Shown here in pieces: positions 16,355 to 24,860 of a DNA stretch of 64,000 nucleotides (the stretch's first letter is position 1; each line of letters begins with the position of its first letter). This DNA is from Gaiellaceae bacterium (GTDB taxonomy: Bacteria > Actinomycetota > Thermoleophilia > Gaiellales > Gaiellaceae), in contig DASYAO010000147.1 in assembly GCA_036501285.1 (NCBI GenBank), positions 1,545-65,544 of the forward strand, given 5' to 3'. The notes under the pieces were generated by a model. The model had not been told where the DNA came from. It ran no database searches and saw only the letters and a list, made by a program, of their open reading frames with translations. The translations under genes and the position numbers were made by a program.

Positions 16355-18759
16355 CCGGCGAGCAACGTCCGGGCCACGAGCGGCAGCACGCCGCCGTGGC
16401 GATAGACGAGCGCCTCGCGCGCCGTGTCGAGGCGTACGCGGACGCGGAAGCTCGCAGCGCCGGCGGTCACCGTCGCCCCCCCATCGCCGATCGCGCGGAT
16501 GTCGAAGATCTCCTCGCCCGTCAGGCCGAGGTCGTCCGGCGGCAGCTCGAGTGGCAGGACGCCCATCGCGACGAGGTTCGCCCGGTGGATGCGTTCGAAG
16601 GAACGCGCGAGCACCGCTCGAACGCCGAGCAGGGCCGGCGCCTTCGCCGCCCAGTCGCGCGATGAGCCGGCGCCGTACGAATCGCCGGCGAGCACGAGCT
16701 GCGGGGTATCGGCCGCCCGGTAGCTCGCTGCCGTGGCGAAGATCGAGTCGATCTCGCCGCCGCGGGTGTAGTCGCGCGTGAGGCCGCCCTCGACGCCGTC
16801 GAGCAACTCGTTCCGCAGACGGAGGTTCGCGAAGGCGCCGCGCGTCATCACCTCGTGGTTGCCGCGTCGCGACGCGTACGTGTCGAGCGCGCGCGGCTCG
16901 ACGCCTCGTTCGAGCAGGTAGCGGCCCGCGACGCTGTCGGGCGGGATCGCGCCGGCAGGCGAGATGTGGTCGGTCGAAACGCCGTCGCCGAGCTTGACGA
17001 GCACCCTGGCCCCTGCGATGTCCGCGAGCGGCGGCGGCTCGGGCGCCAGTCCGTCGAAGTACGGCGGGCGTCGCAGGTACGTCGACGAGTCGTCCCACGC
17101 AAACGCCGCTCCCGGAGGCGGTGCGAGCGCCTGCCAGCGCGGATCGCCGGCGAACACGTCTGCGTACGCGTGCTCGAAGAGGTCCCGCCCGAGCGTCCGC
17201 TCGACGGTCGCCTCGATCTCGGCGGCCGAGGGCCAGATGTCGCGCAGGAAGACGTCGGCCTGCAGCGGTTCCTCGACAAGGTCGACGTCGATGCGACCGG
17301 CGAGGGCGTAGGCGACGACGAGGGGCGGCGAGGCGAGGTAGGCCGAGCTCACGTCCGGGTGGATGCGGCCGTCGAAGTTGCGGTTGCCCGAGAGGACCGC
17401 GACGGCGTGCGAGTCGACCGGCTGCGGCAGCGGGCCCGAAGCGCCGATGCACGTCATGCAGCCGTAGCCCGCGAGGTGGAAGCCGAGCGCGTCCAGATAC
17501 CGCGTGAGGCCGGCGCGATCGAGGTAGTCGGTGACGACGCGCGAGCCCGGCGACAGGCTCGTCTTCACCCAGGGACGAGAGGCGAGCCCGCGCTCGACGG
17601 CGTTCCGCGCGAGCAACCCCGCCGCAACCATCACCGCGGGGTTCGACGTGTTCGTGCACGACGTGATCGCGGCGATCACGACCTTGCCCTCGTCAACCGT
17701 CTCCTTCACGCGCGCAAGCGGGATTCGCTCGTGCGGGCGGCGCGGGCCCGCGATGGATGGATCGACCGATGCGAGATCGATCTCGACGACCGAGGCGTAA
17801 CGGAGCGTTCGCTCCGGGTCGTGGAAGAGACCCTGCGCCCTGGCATGCGCCTCGACCAGCTCGACATGTGCCGGCGACCTTCCCGTGAGCTTCAAGTAAC
17901 GGAGCGTCGCGTCGTCGATCGGAAAGAAGGCACACGTCGATCCGAACTCGGGGCTCATGTTCGCCATCGTCAGCCGGTCGGCGACGGGCATCCCGGCCAC
18001 CCCGGGGCCGAAGAACTCGACGAACGCGCCGACGACGCCCTCGCCGCGCAAGCGCTCCGTGATCGTCAGCGCAAGGTCGGTCGCTGTCGCGCCCTCGCGC
18101 AGCGCGCCGTCAACGCGAACTCCGACCACCCGCGGGAGCTGGATCGCGACCGGCTCCCCGAGCAGGGCCGCCTCCGCCTCGATGCCCCCGATGCCCCAGC
18201 CGAGCACACCGAGGCCGTTCACCATCGTCGTGTGCGAGTCCGTGCCGAGGCAAAGCTCGGAGTGCGTGACGCCGCCGGTCGTCACCACGACACGCGCGAG
18301 ATGCTCGACGTTGACCTGGTGCATGATCCCCTTCCCGGGCGGGACGATCGCGAGGCGCCCGAACGCCTCCTCGCCCCAGCGCAGGAAGCGGTAGCGCTCG
18401 GCGTTGAGCTCGTACTCGCGCTCGACGTTGCGCTCGAGAGCGTCCGGGCGGCCGGTGAAGACCGCGTTCACCGAGTGGTCGACCACGAGCTCGGCCGGGA
18501 GCGCAGCGTCGACGCGCCGCGGGTCGCCGCCGGCGTCGAGCACCGCGTCACGAAGCGCAGCGAGGTCGACGAGGAGCGGCACGCCATTCGTGTCGTGCAT
18601 GAAGATGCGGCTCGGCCGCAGGTCGACGACCGCGCAGGTCTCGGCGCGGGCGACCGCTTCGGCTTGGCGCGCGTCACCGCCCGCGAGCACGTTCTCGAGG
18701 ACGATCCGGAGCGTGATCGGAAGGTCGTCGGCCGCGAGGCCAAGGCACCTGGTTCGCAT
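16351..18759 (-). CDS. acnA: Aconitate hydratase A-family protein (short, 802 aa)
   Basis: Motifs: LPITLRIVLENVLAG, GTDSHTTMVNGLG, IAAITSCTNTSNP, GYGCMTCIGASGP and SGNRNFDGRIHP. All three Fe-S cysteines are present. It is about 90 aa shorter than E. coli AcnA, and the N-terminus cannot be extended because gntR starts 23 bp away. Confidence 0.85.
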   Translation of the reverse strand: MRTRCLGLAADDLPITLRIVLENVLAGGDARQAEAVARAETCAVVDLRPSRIFMHDTNGVPLLVDLAALRDAVLDAGGDPRRVDAALPAELVVDHSVNAVFTGRPDALERNVEREYELNAERYRFLRWGEEAFGRLAIVPPGKGIMHQVNVEHLARVVVTTGGVTHSELCLGTDSHTTMVNGLGVLGWGIGGIEAEAALLGEPVAIQLPRVVGVRVDGALREGATATDLALTITERLRGEGVVGAFVEFFGPGVAGMPVADRLTMANMSPEFGSTCAFFPIDDATLRYLKLTGRSPAHVELVEAHARAQGLFHDPERTLRYASVVEIDLASVDPSIAGPRRPHERIPLARVKETVDEGKVVIAAITSCTNTSNPAVMVAAGLLARNAVERGLASRPWVKTSLSPGSRVVTDYLDRAGLTRYLDALGFHLAGYGCMTCIGASGPLPQPVDSHAVAVLSGNRNFDGRIHPDVSSAYLASPPLVVAYALAGRIDVDLVEEPLQADVFLRDIWPSAAEIEATVERTLGRDLFEHAYADVFAGDPRWQALAPPPGAAFAWDDSSTYLRRPPYFDGLAPEPPPLADIAGARVLVKLGDGVSTDHISPAGAIPPDSVAGRYLLERGVEPRALDTYASRRGNHEVMTRGAFANLRLRNELLDGVEGGLTRDYTRGGEIDSIFATAASYRAADTPQLVLAGDSYGAGSSRDWAAKAPALLGVRAVLARSFERIHRANLVAMGVLPLELPPDDLGLTGEEIFDIRAIGDGGATVTAGAASFRVRVRLDTAREALVYRHGGVLPLVARTLLAG

Positions 18760-18765
18760 CGCCGT

Positions 18766-18777
18766 AGCCTATAGGCT
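18766..18777. promoter_or_regulatory. Perfect 12-bp palindrome AGCCTATAGGCT in the 23-bp acn/gntR divergent gap. It gives TAGGCT (-10-like, TAnnnT) on both strands.
   Basis: Plus strand: TAGGCT (18772-18777), then 5 nt, then ATG 18783. Minus strand: TAGGCT (complement of 18766-18771), then 6 nt, then ATG 18759. There is no SD on either side. Confidence 0.5.
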
Positions 18778-18782
18778 GTAAG

Positions 18783-19466
18783 ATGCAGGTGTCGATGTCG
18801 AGCGCCGCCGCCGTTCCGTTCCTGACCAAGGCCGAGCTCGCTTACGCGCGGGTGCGGGAGCTGGTTCTGACCGGTGCGCTGGAGCCGGGCTCGACGCTCA
18901 ACCAGGAGATGCTCGCCCGCGAGCTCGGGATCAGCACGACGCCGCTCCGCGAGGCGCTCGGGCGGCTCGAGTCGGAAGGCCTCGTCGAGCTCGGCGCCCA
19001 TCGCGACGCGCGCGTGTCGCCGCTGACGGCCGAGGAGGCGCGCGACCTGCTCGAGCTGCGGCTCTCCCTCGACCCGCTCGCCGCGCGGCTCGCCGCCGAA
19101 CGGCGAACAGATGCCGACCTCGAAGCCCTCGACTCGGCTGCCGCAGAACTGAGGCCGCTCGACCACGACCCCGACGTCGCGACCCTCGCCACGCATCGCC
19201 GCTTCCACGCCGCGATCTATCACGCGTCGCACAACGAGCTCCTGATCGAGACGCTCGACGGGCTCTGGGACCGTGCTGACCGCTATCGCCGGCTCGCGCT
19301 CGACATCACACCGAAGCCTGAGCGCCGTGTGCGCGTCGCAAAGGAGCACGCGGGTCTCGTCCTCGCGATCCGGCGAGGTCTCCCGGATGTCGCAGCCGAG
19401 CTGATGCGCAAGCACATCGATCGCGGCCTCGGCGCACGCGCACTCAGGCAGCTCGGAGACGTCTGA
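18783..19466 (+). CDS. GntR-family (FadR/FCD subfamily) transcriptional regulator
   Basis: 227 aa. The winged HTH is LNQEMLARELGISTTPLREALGRLESEGLV. The helical C-terminal FCD-like domain contains HRRFHAAIYHASHNELL. Confidence 0.85.
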   Translation: MQVSMSSAAAVPFLTKAELAYARVRELVLTGALEPGSTLNQEMLARELGISTTPLREALGRLESEGLVELGAHRDARVSPLTAEEARDLLELRLSLDPLAARLAAERRTDADLEALDSAAAELRPLDHDPDVATLATHRRFHAAIYHASHNELLIETLDGLWDRADRYRRLALDITPKPERRVRVAKEHAGLVLAIRRGLPDVAAELMRKHIDRGLGARALRQLGDV

Positions 19467-20920
19467 TGCGTGCTGTCGCAGAAGCCGTTCTCGGCCTGCT
19501 TCCGCGCGACGTCGCTTACGGCGACGTGCGCGTCGTCCGCAAGACGCACGAGCTCGTGCTCGCCGAGCGAAGTGGCCCGGGCGAGCTCGCCCACGAGGAG
19601 TCGATCGGCCTCGGCCTGCGCGTCGTCGTCGGCGGCCAGTGGGGCTTCTCCGCCACGCATCGCCTGGACGACGCAGGCATCGCCGACGCGGTCGAGCGTG
19701 CGGTTGTGCAGGCGCGAAGCGCGGCCGGCCGCGGCGAGATCCCGCTGGGTGAGCCGGTCACGACGCAGGACCGCTGGGAGACCCCGCTCGAGGTCGACCC
19801 ATTCGGAGTCCCCGTCTCCACAAAGCTCGACCTCCTCGCCGCAGTCGTAGCCGAGGCGGAATCGGCCGGCCCGCTGCTGACGCGCGTCGAGGCGTCGATG
19901 GACTTCTTCCGCGACGACAAGATCTTTGCGAACACCGAGGGAGCGCTGATCGAACAGGTGATTACCGAGAGCGGCGCGGGTCTGCTCGTGCTCGCCGGTG
20001 ACGGCAACGACGTGCAGCGGCGCTCGTTCCCGAACTCGATCCCGCGCAACATCCGGGGACAGCGCGGCGAGTTCGCAACTGCCGGTTACGAGCACATCGC
20101 GAAGCTCGGCCTCGTCGAGAACGCCGCGCGCGTCGCCGACGAAGCCGTCCAGCTCTTGACGGCGAAGCCGTGCCCGGCAGAGATGACGACGATGATCGCG
20201 ACGGGCGTGCAGCTCGCGATGGTGCTGCACGAGTCGAGCGGCCATCCGATGGAAGCCGACCGCGCCCTCGGCTGGGAGGCGAGCCTTGCCGGCGGCACGT
20301 ACGCGACGCCCGAGCGGCGCGGAAGCTTTCGCTGGGGCTCGCCGATCTGCAACGTCTACGCGGACGCGACGATCCCGGGCGCACTCGGAAGCTTCGGCTA
20401 CGACGACGAGGGCGTGCGCGCGCAGCGCGTGCAGCTCGTTCGAGACGGGATCTTCCTCGGCTACATGGCCGGCCGGGAGTCGGGCGGTCAACTCGACGTG
20501 CCGTCGACGGGCTCGGCGCGCGCGGAGAGCTGGCAACGCGTGCCGCTCGTCCGGATGACGAACCTGTGCATGGAACCGGGTGACTCCTCGCTCGAGGAGA
20601 TGATCGCCGACACGAAGGGCGGCGTGCTCCTCGACGTGAATCGCGGCTTCTCCGTCGACGACCAGCGCATGTCGTTTCGCTTCACGACGGAGATCGGCTG
20701 GGAGATCAAGAACGGCAAGCGCGGCGCGCCGCTCAAGAACTGTTCGTACTCGAGCATCACGCCCGAGTTCTGGGCGAGCTGCGATGCGCTCGGCAACGAA
20801 GACGAATTCTCCGTCTACGGCGTGCCCTCGTGCAACAAGGGCGAGCCGCTGCAGGTCGCGCACGTCGGGCACGGCACGGTGCCGGCGCGCTTCCGCAACG
20901 TGCAGGTGGGGACCAGGTGA
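19466..20920 (+). CDS. tldD: TldD-family metalloprotease
   Basis: 484 aa. It has the HESSGHPME zinc motif and GSFGYDDEGV. The ATG overlaps the gntR TGA by 1 nt. Confidence 0.8.
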   Translation: MRAVAEAVLGLLPRDVAYGDVRVVRKTHELVLAERSGPGELAHEESIGLGLRVVVGGQWGFSATHRLDDAGIADAVERAVVQARSAAGRGEIPLGEPVTTQDRWETPLEVDPFGVPVSTKLDLLAAVVAEAESAGPLLTRVEASMDFFRDDKIFANTEGALIEQVITESGAGLLVLAGDGNDVQRRSFPNSIPRNIRGQRGEFATAGYEHIAKLGLVENAARVADEAVQLLTAKPCPAEMTTMIATGVQLAMVLHESSGHPMEADRALGWEASLAGGTYATPERRGSFRWGSPICNVYADATIPGALGSFGYDDEGVRAQRVQLVRDGIFLGYMAGRESGGQLDVPSTGSARAESWQRVPLVRMTNLCMEPGDSSLEEMIADTKGGVLLDVNRGFSVDDQRMSFRFTTEIGWEIKNGKRGAPLKNCSYSSITPEFWASCDALGNEDEFSVYGVPSCNKGEPLQVAHVGHGTVPARFRNVQVGTR

Positions 20921-22233
20921 CGATCGAGCGAGCCGCCGTGGAGGCGGCGCTCGACCGGCTCGGGCGTGGCGCACGGCTCGACGTGTCGGCGGAGCGGGTC
21001 GGTCTCCTTCGATTCGCAGAGTCGCGCGTCGTCTTCCAGCACGACGAGGAGCGGCTTCGCGTGCGCGCGCGCGTCACACGCGACGGCCGCACCGCGTCCG
21101 GGATGCTCGAGACGCTCGAGCCGGCTTTCGTCGGGGCGCTCGCGGACCGGCTCGAGGACGGGCTCGCGTCGCTGCCGAAACGCGACCTCGCACCGGCGAC
21201 CGCCCAGCTCGGCGGCGTGGCCTCGCGACCGGTCGCTTCGGAGGCGACGCTGCGAGCAGGCGCACCCGACCGTTACCGCGCATTCGAGGAGATCCGCGCA
21301 GGTCTCGGCGACGGCTTTGCTCTCGGCGGCTCGATCCGCCACGACATTGCCGAGCGCGTCGTCTCCGACAGTGACGGGCTCTACCGGAACGAGGTGTTGA
21401 CGAAGGCGACGTTGCAGGCGATCGCCGACCGCGACGGCCGCACCGCGAGCGTTCGGCGCGTGCACCGTGACTCGGCGGCGATCCGCGTCGACGACGTCGC
21501 GAGCGTGCTGCGCGAAGAGTTGCGCGAGCTCCCCATAGCGGAGTCGGTCAGCGGCCCGTTTCGCGCCGTACTCCGGCCGCAGGCGGCGCTGACGCTGATC
21601 GCCACCTACGGCTACTGGTCGCTCGGCGCGGCCGGGTTCGACGAACGGCGCACAGCCGTGGCAGGCAAGCTGGACGAACGCGTCGCCGGACAGCTCGTCA
21701 CGCTCGTCGACGACGGCAACGACCCCGACGGCCTGCCGAGCGGGTTCGATCCCGAGGGGACGCCGAAGCAACGCGTGCCGCTGCTCGAGCGCGGCGTCGT
21801 GGCCGGAGTCGTCTCCAACGTCGCCTGGTCGCACGTCACGGGCGGCGTCTCGACCGGGCACGGTGTACCCGACGGCTGGCGCTTCGGCGGCGATCCGGCG
21901 CCGTCGCACCTGCTGCTCGGGGCCGGCGACGCGAGCGAGGAGCAGCTCGTGGAGGCATGCGGCGACGGGCTCGTGATCAGCCGGCTCGACTACCTGCGCG
22001 TGCTCCATCCGAAGGAGACGCTCGTCACCGGCACGACGCGGGACGCGACCTATCGGATCGAGAACGGACGCATCGTCGCCTGGTACCCGCGTGTGCGGCT
22101 CACCTTTCGGATCGACGAAGTGCTCGCCGCGATCGTCGGCGTAGGCGCCGAGCGGGAGCGTGGCGACATCGTCTTCATGGAGAGCGTCGTCGTGCCACCG
22201 CTGCTCGTCGAAGCGGGCCCATTGACACTTTGA
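20917..22233 (+). CDS. pmbA: PmbA/TldE-family protease partner
   Basis: GTG 20917 forms a GTGA overlap with the tldD stop. The protein starts VTIERAAVEAALDRLG... and is 438 aa, with a TldD/PmbA-family C-terminal region (LVISRLDYLRVLHPKETLVTGTTRDATYRIENG). Confidence 0.75.
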   Translation: MTIERAAVEAALDRLGRGARLDVSAERVGLLRFAESRVVFQHDEERLRVRARVTRDGRTASGMLETLEPAFVGALADRLEDGLASLPKRDLAPATAQLGGVASRPVASEATLRAGAPDRYRAFEEIRAGLGDGFALGGSIRHDIAERVVSDSDGLYRNEVLTKATLQAIADRDGRTASVRRVHRDSAAIRVDDVASVLREELRELPIAESVSGPFRAVLRPQAALTLIATYGYWSLGAAGFDERRTAVAGKLDERVAGQLVTLVDDGNDPDGLPSGFDPEGTPKQRVPLLERGVVAGVVSNVAWSHVTGGVSTGHGVPDGWRFGGDPAPSHLLLGAGDASEEQLVEACGDGLVISRLDYLRVLHPKETLVTGTTRDATYRIENGRIVAWYPRVRLTFRIDEVLAAIVGVGAERERGDIVFMESVVVPPLLVEAGPLTL

Positions 22234-23072
22234 GCCGCTGGCGGACCGTCGACGACATCGTCGCCGCCCGCGACCGCAGGAGCGCGGAGATCGAGGCGCT
22301 CAACGCCAATGCGCCTGCGATGGCGGCGGTGCACGACGGCGTGCGGTTGCGCGACGGTTTGACCGCGGACGTGTACGTGCCGCCCAGCAAGACGGTGGCG
22401 GTCTACGTGCACGCGCACGGCGGCGCCTGGAACCGGGGCAGCGCACGCGACTGCCGCAAGCGCGCGATGCAGGTCGCCGAAGCAGGCTTTCTCGTCGTCA
22501 ACCTCGACTACCGGCTCGCGCCTGAAAACCCGTTCCCAGCGGCGGTCGCGGACGTCGTCTTCGCGGTGGGCTGGGCGGCGCGCGAGTATGGGCTGCCGGT
22601 CGCGCTCGGCGGAGAATCCGCCGGCGCGAATCTCGCCGCGGTGGCGGCCACCGTCGTGAGTCCGGCTGCGCTCCTACTCGTCTCCGGCATCTACGACGTC
22701 GACGCACTGCTGCGCGAGGGCACATCCGACACCGAGTTGATCGTCCGCGCCTATCTCGGGCAGGCGGGACAACCTGCCGACCCGCTCGTCAGCCCGCTCC
22801 GCGCGCCGAACCTGCATGCTTTTCCGCCGGCGTACGTCGTCTGCGGCGACGCCGACCCGCTGCTGCCGCAGTCGCTCGCGTTCGCCGGCGCGCTCCGCGC
22901 GGTCGCGCTACGCGTCGTTCCCGGCGCGGGCCACGGCTTCAACCGGCTGCCGGAGTTCTTCGGCGAGGTCGAGCGCTACCGCACCTGGCTCGCGAACGCG
23001 TCGACGTCCTCCGGCAGCGTGTCCCAGGAGCACATGAACCGGCAGACGCCGCGCCCGGCGTCCCAGACGTAG
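22230..23072 (+). CDS. Alpha/beta-hydrolase fold-3 (HSL-type) esterase/lipase
   Basis: Oxyanion motif HAHGGAW, nucleophile elbow GESAGANL, catalytic His in PGAGHGF. The start is uncertain: TTG 22230 overlaps the pmbA stop, and the alternative is ATG 22320. The 3' end overlaps the convergent aldolase gene by 97 nt. Confidence 0.7.
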   Translation: MSRWRTVDDIVAARDRRSAEIEALNANAPAMAAVHDGVRLRDGLTADVYVPPSKTVAVYVHAHGGAWNRGSARDCRKRAMQVAEAGFLVVNLDYRLAPENPFPAAVADVVFAVGWAAREYGLPVALGGESAGANLAAVAATVVSPAALLLVSGIYDVDALLREGTSDTELIVRAYLGQAGQPADPLVSPLRAPNLHAFPPAYVVCGDADPLLPQSLAFAGALRAVALRVVPGAGHGFNRLPEFFGEVERYRTWLANASTSSGSVSQEHMNRQTPRPASQT

Positions 23073-23947
23073 GCCGGAGGCCCGCCGGCCCGCGCGAAGA
23101 CGGCGTTCGACTCGACCGGGTGCGCGACCTCGACTTCGAGCCGCGACCCAAACCGTTTCGCCATCTCGTTTGCGTGGCGTGCGTTCTCGAGCCATAGGTC
23201 GTCTTCGAGCAGCGCGATCAGCTGTGCCGAGATGAAGCGCTGCTTCGAGGCGAGCTGCCCGAGCCGCTTCCGCGTGTACGCGAAGCCCTCGGCGAGCTCG
23301 CCGTCGCAGAAGACGACCGCTTCACCGAAGGCGAGGCCGTTCTTCGTGCCGCCGAACGAGACGACGTCGACGCCGGCATCGGTCGTCAACGTGCGCAGCG
23401 ACTCGCCGAGCGCCGCGGCGGCGTTCGCGAGCCGGGCGCCGTCGACGTGCACGTACATCCCGAGCGCGTGCGCCGCATCAGCGATCTCGCGCGTTTGCAC
23501 ACGCGTATAGACGGTGCCGAGCTCGCTCGCCTGCGTGATCGAGACGACCCGCGGCTGGACGGCGTGCTCGTCGCCTCGCCGGTGCTCCCAGCGCGCGACG
23601 TCGTCGGCGGTAAGCTTGCCGTGCTCGGTTGCGACGGTAAGCAGCTTCACGCCCGCAAGCTGCTCGGGCGCGCCGCACTCGTCGACGTGGATGTGCGCGA
23701 CGTCGGTGCAGACCACGGCCTCGTGTCGCGTCGCGAGTGCAGCGAGAGCCGCAACGTTCGCGCCGCTGCCGTTGAAGACCGGGAACGTCCTTGCGTCGGG
23801 CCCGAAGTGGCCGCAGCAGACCTCTTCCAGCTGCTGCGTCCAGCCGTCGTCGCCGTACGCGCCGGCATGCCCGCTGTTTGCGGCAGCGATCGCGTCGAGG
23901 ACGCGCGGATGTGCGGGAGCGTGGTTGTCGGAGACGAAGTCGGTCAT
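22976..23947 (-). CDS. ltaE: Low-specificity L-threonine aldolase (beta-eliminating lyase family)
   Basis: MTDFVSDNHAPAHPRVLDAI..., then SFGGTKNG (PLP Lys) and VCRFMCSWDTLPEDVDAF. ATG 23947 is chosen because the track start 24010 lies inside the rpiR gene. Confidence 0.8.
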   Translation of the reverse strand: MTDFVSDNHAPAHPRVLDAIAAANSGHAGAYGDDGWTQQLEEVCCGHFGPDARTFPVFNGSGANVAALAALATRHEAVVCTDVAHIHVDECGAPEQLAGVKLLTVATEHGKLTADDVARWEHRRGDEHAVQPRVVSITQASELGTVYTRVQTREIADAAHALGMYVHVDGARLANAAAALGESLRTLTTDAGVDVVSFGGTKNGLAFGEAVVFCDGELAEGFAYTRKRLGQLASKQRFISAQLIALLEDDLWLENARHANEMAKRFGSRLEVEVAHPVESNAVFARAGGPPAYVWDAGRGVCRFMCSWDTLPEDVDAFASQVR

Positions 23948-23978
23948 TGCGCCGGAAGCCCGCGCAGCTGGAACGAGC

Positions 23979-24836
23979 TTACGGGAGGGCTTCGGGGATC
24001 GGCGCGACACGCAGTTGCTTGCGCAGCTCGTTCAACTCCGCGAGCGCCCCGAGCGAGCGGCTGCGGTCTCGCGCGGCGATCGCGAGCAGGAGCGCTTCGA
24101 GGATTGCGACCGTCGCAGCGCTGCTCGTGAGGGAGCCGCCGCGGCTGCGCGGCGTCGTCAGCGCGACGTCGATGCGGTCGGCGAGCCTGCCGCGGAGCGT
24201 GTCCGTCAGCAGCACGACCGGAAGCCCAAGGTCGTTAGCGCGGCGGAGTGTCACCTCGGAGGCGCGGTCGAGGCGCTCGTAGGAGATCAGGACGAGCACG
24301 TCGCCGCGGCGCACGCCGAGCAGCTCGTCTGCGAGCAGCAGTCCGCTCTCGGTGATCGCCCTTGCGGCCCGGCCGAAGCGCTCGAGACGAAGGGCGAAGT
24401 ACTCGACGAGCGGCCCGGACGGGCCGAGCCCGTAGGCGACGATGCGGTCGGCGGCGACAAGGATGTCGACAGCCTGGTCGAAGTCGGCACGCGGGATCGC
24501 GCGGGCCGCCCCGAGCAGCCCAAGCTCGAGGTCGATGACGTGGCCGAGGGGATCTTCGCCCGCGTCTTCGAGACTTTGACCGAGCCGCACCGCCGGCGTC
24601 GCGCGTGCGCGCAACCCGTCGATCAGCTCGCGACGGAGCTCGGGAATGCCCGAGTAGCCGAGCGCCTTGACCGCCCGCACGACCGTTGCGTCGCTCGTTC
24701 CGAGCCGCGCCGCGATCTCTGCAGCGGAAAGAAACGCGGCTTCTTCGAGGTGGTCTGCGTAGAACTCGGCGACGGCCCGTTCCTTCGGGCTCAGCTCGCG
24801 TGATGTAGCGCGGGCGACAATCCCTTGCGCAGACAT
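23979..24836 (-). CDS. MurR/RpiR-family regulator (HTH_6 + SIS domain)
   Basis: ATG 24836 gives MSAQGIVARATSRELSPKERAVAEFYADHLEEAAFLSAAEIAARLGTSDATVVRAVKALGYSG. The SIS-like part contains RIVAYGLGPSG. The long Arg-rich N-terminus of track ORF 23979..25910 is spurious. Confidence 0.8.
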   Translation of the reverse strand: MSAQGIVARATSRELSPKERAVAEFYADHLEEAAFLSAAEIAARLGTSDATVVRAVKALGYSGIPELRRELIDGLRARATPAVRLGQSLEDAGEDPLGHVIDLELGLLGAARAIPRADFDQAVDILVAADRIVAYGLGPSGPLVEYFALRLERFGRAARAITESGLLLADELLGVRRGDVLVLISYERLDRASEVTLRRANDLGLPVVLLTDTLRGRLADRIDVALTTPRSRGGSLTSSAATVAILEALLLAIAARDRSRSLGALAELNELRKQLRVAPIPEALP

Positions 24837-24846
24837 GTAGTAATCG

Positions 24847-24855
24847 CTACAGTAG
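24847..24855. promoter_or_regulatory. 9-bp palindrome CTACAGTAG in the 24-bp rpiR/C45 divergent gap. It gives TACAGT / TACTGT (-10-like) on the two strands.
   Basis: Plus strand: TACAGT (24848-24853), then 7 nt, then GTG 24861. Minus strand: TACTGT, then 12 nt, then ATG 24836. There is no SD on either side. The gap is unusually AT-rich for this sequence. Confidence 0.4.
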
Positions 24856-24860
24856 CAGAC

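Noticed and set aside
14933-17659. N-terminal extensions of several track ORFs (14933..17659, 14037..15440, 10061..11485, 23979..25910, 24995..27082, 31999..33864, 21957..23072, 20830..22233)
   Set aside because: The extensions run through the upstream gene in another frame and are Arg-rich junk. In each case an internal start with an SD, or an ATGA/GTGA overlap with the preceding stop, yields a protein of normal family length.
19283-22008. Minus-strand ORFs 19283..20974 (563 aa) and 20815..22008 (397 aa)
   Set aside because: They are antisense to tldD and pmbA, which carry family motifs (HESSGH and others). There are no motifs in the antisense translations.
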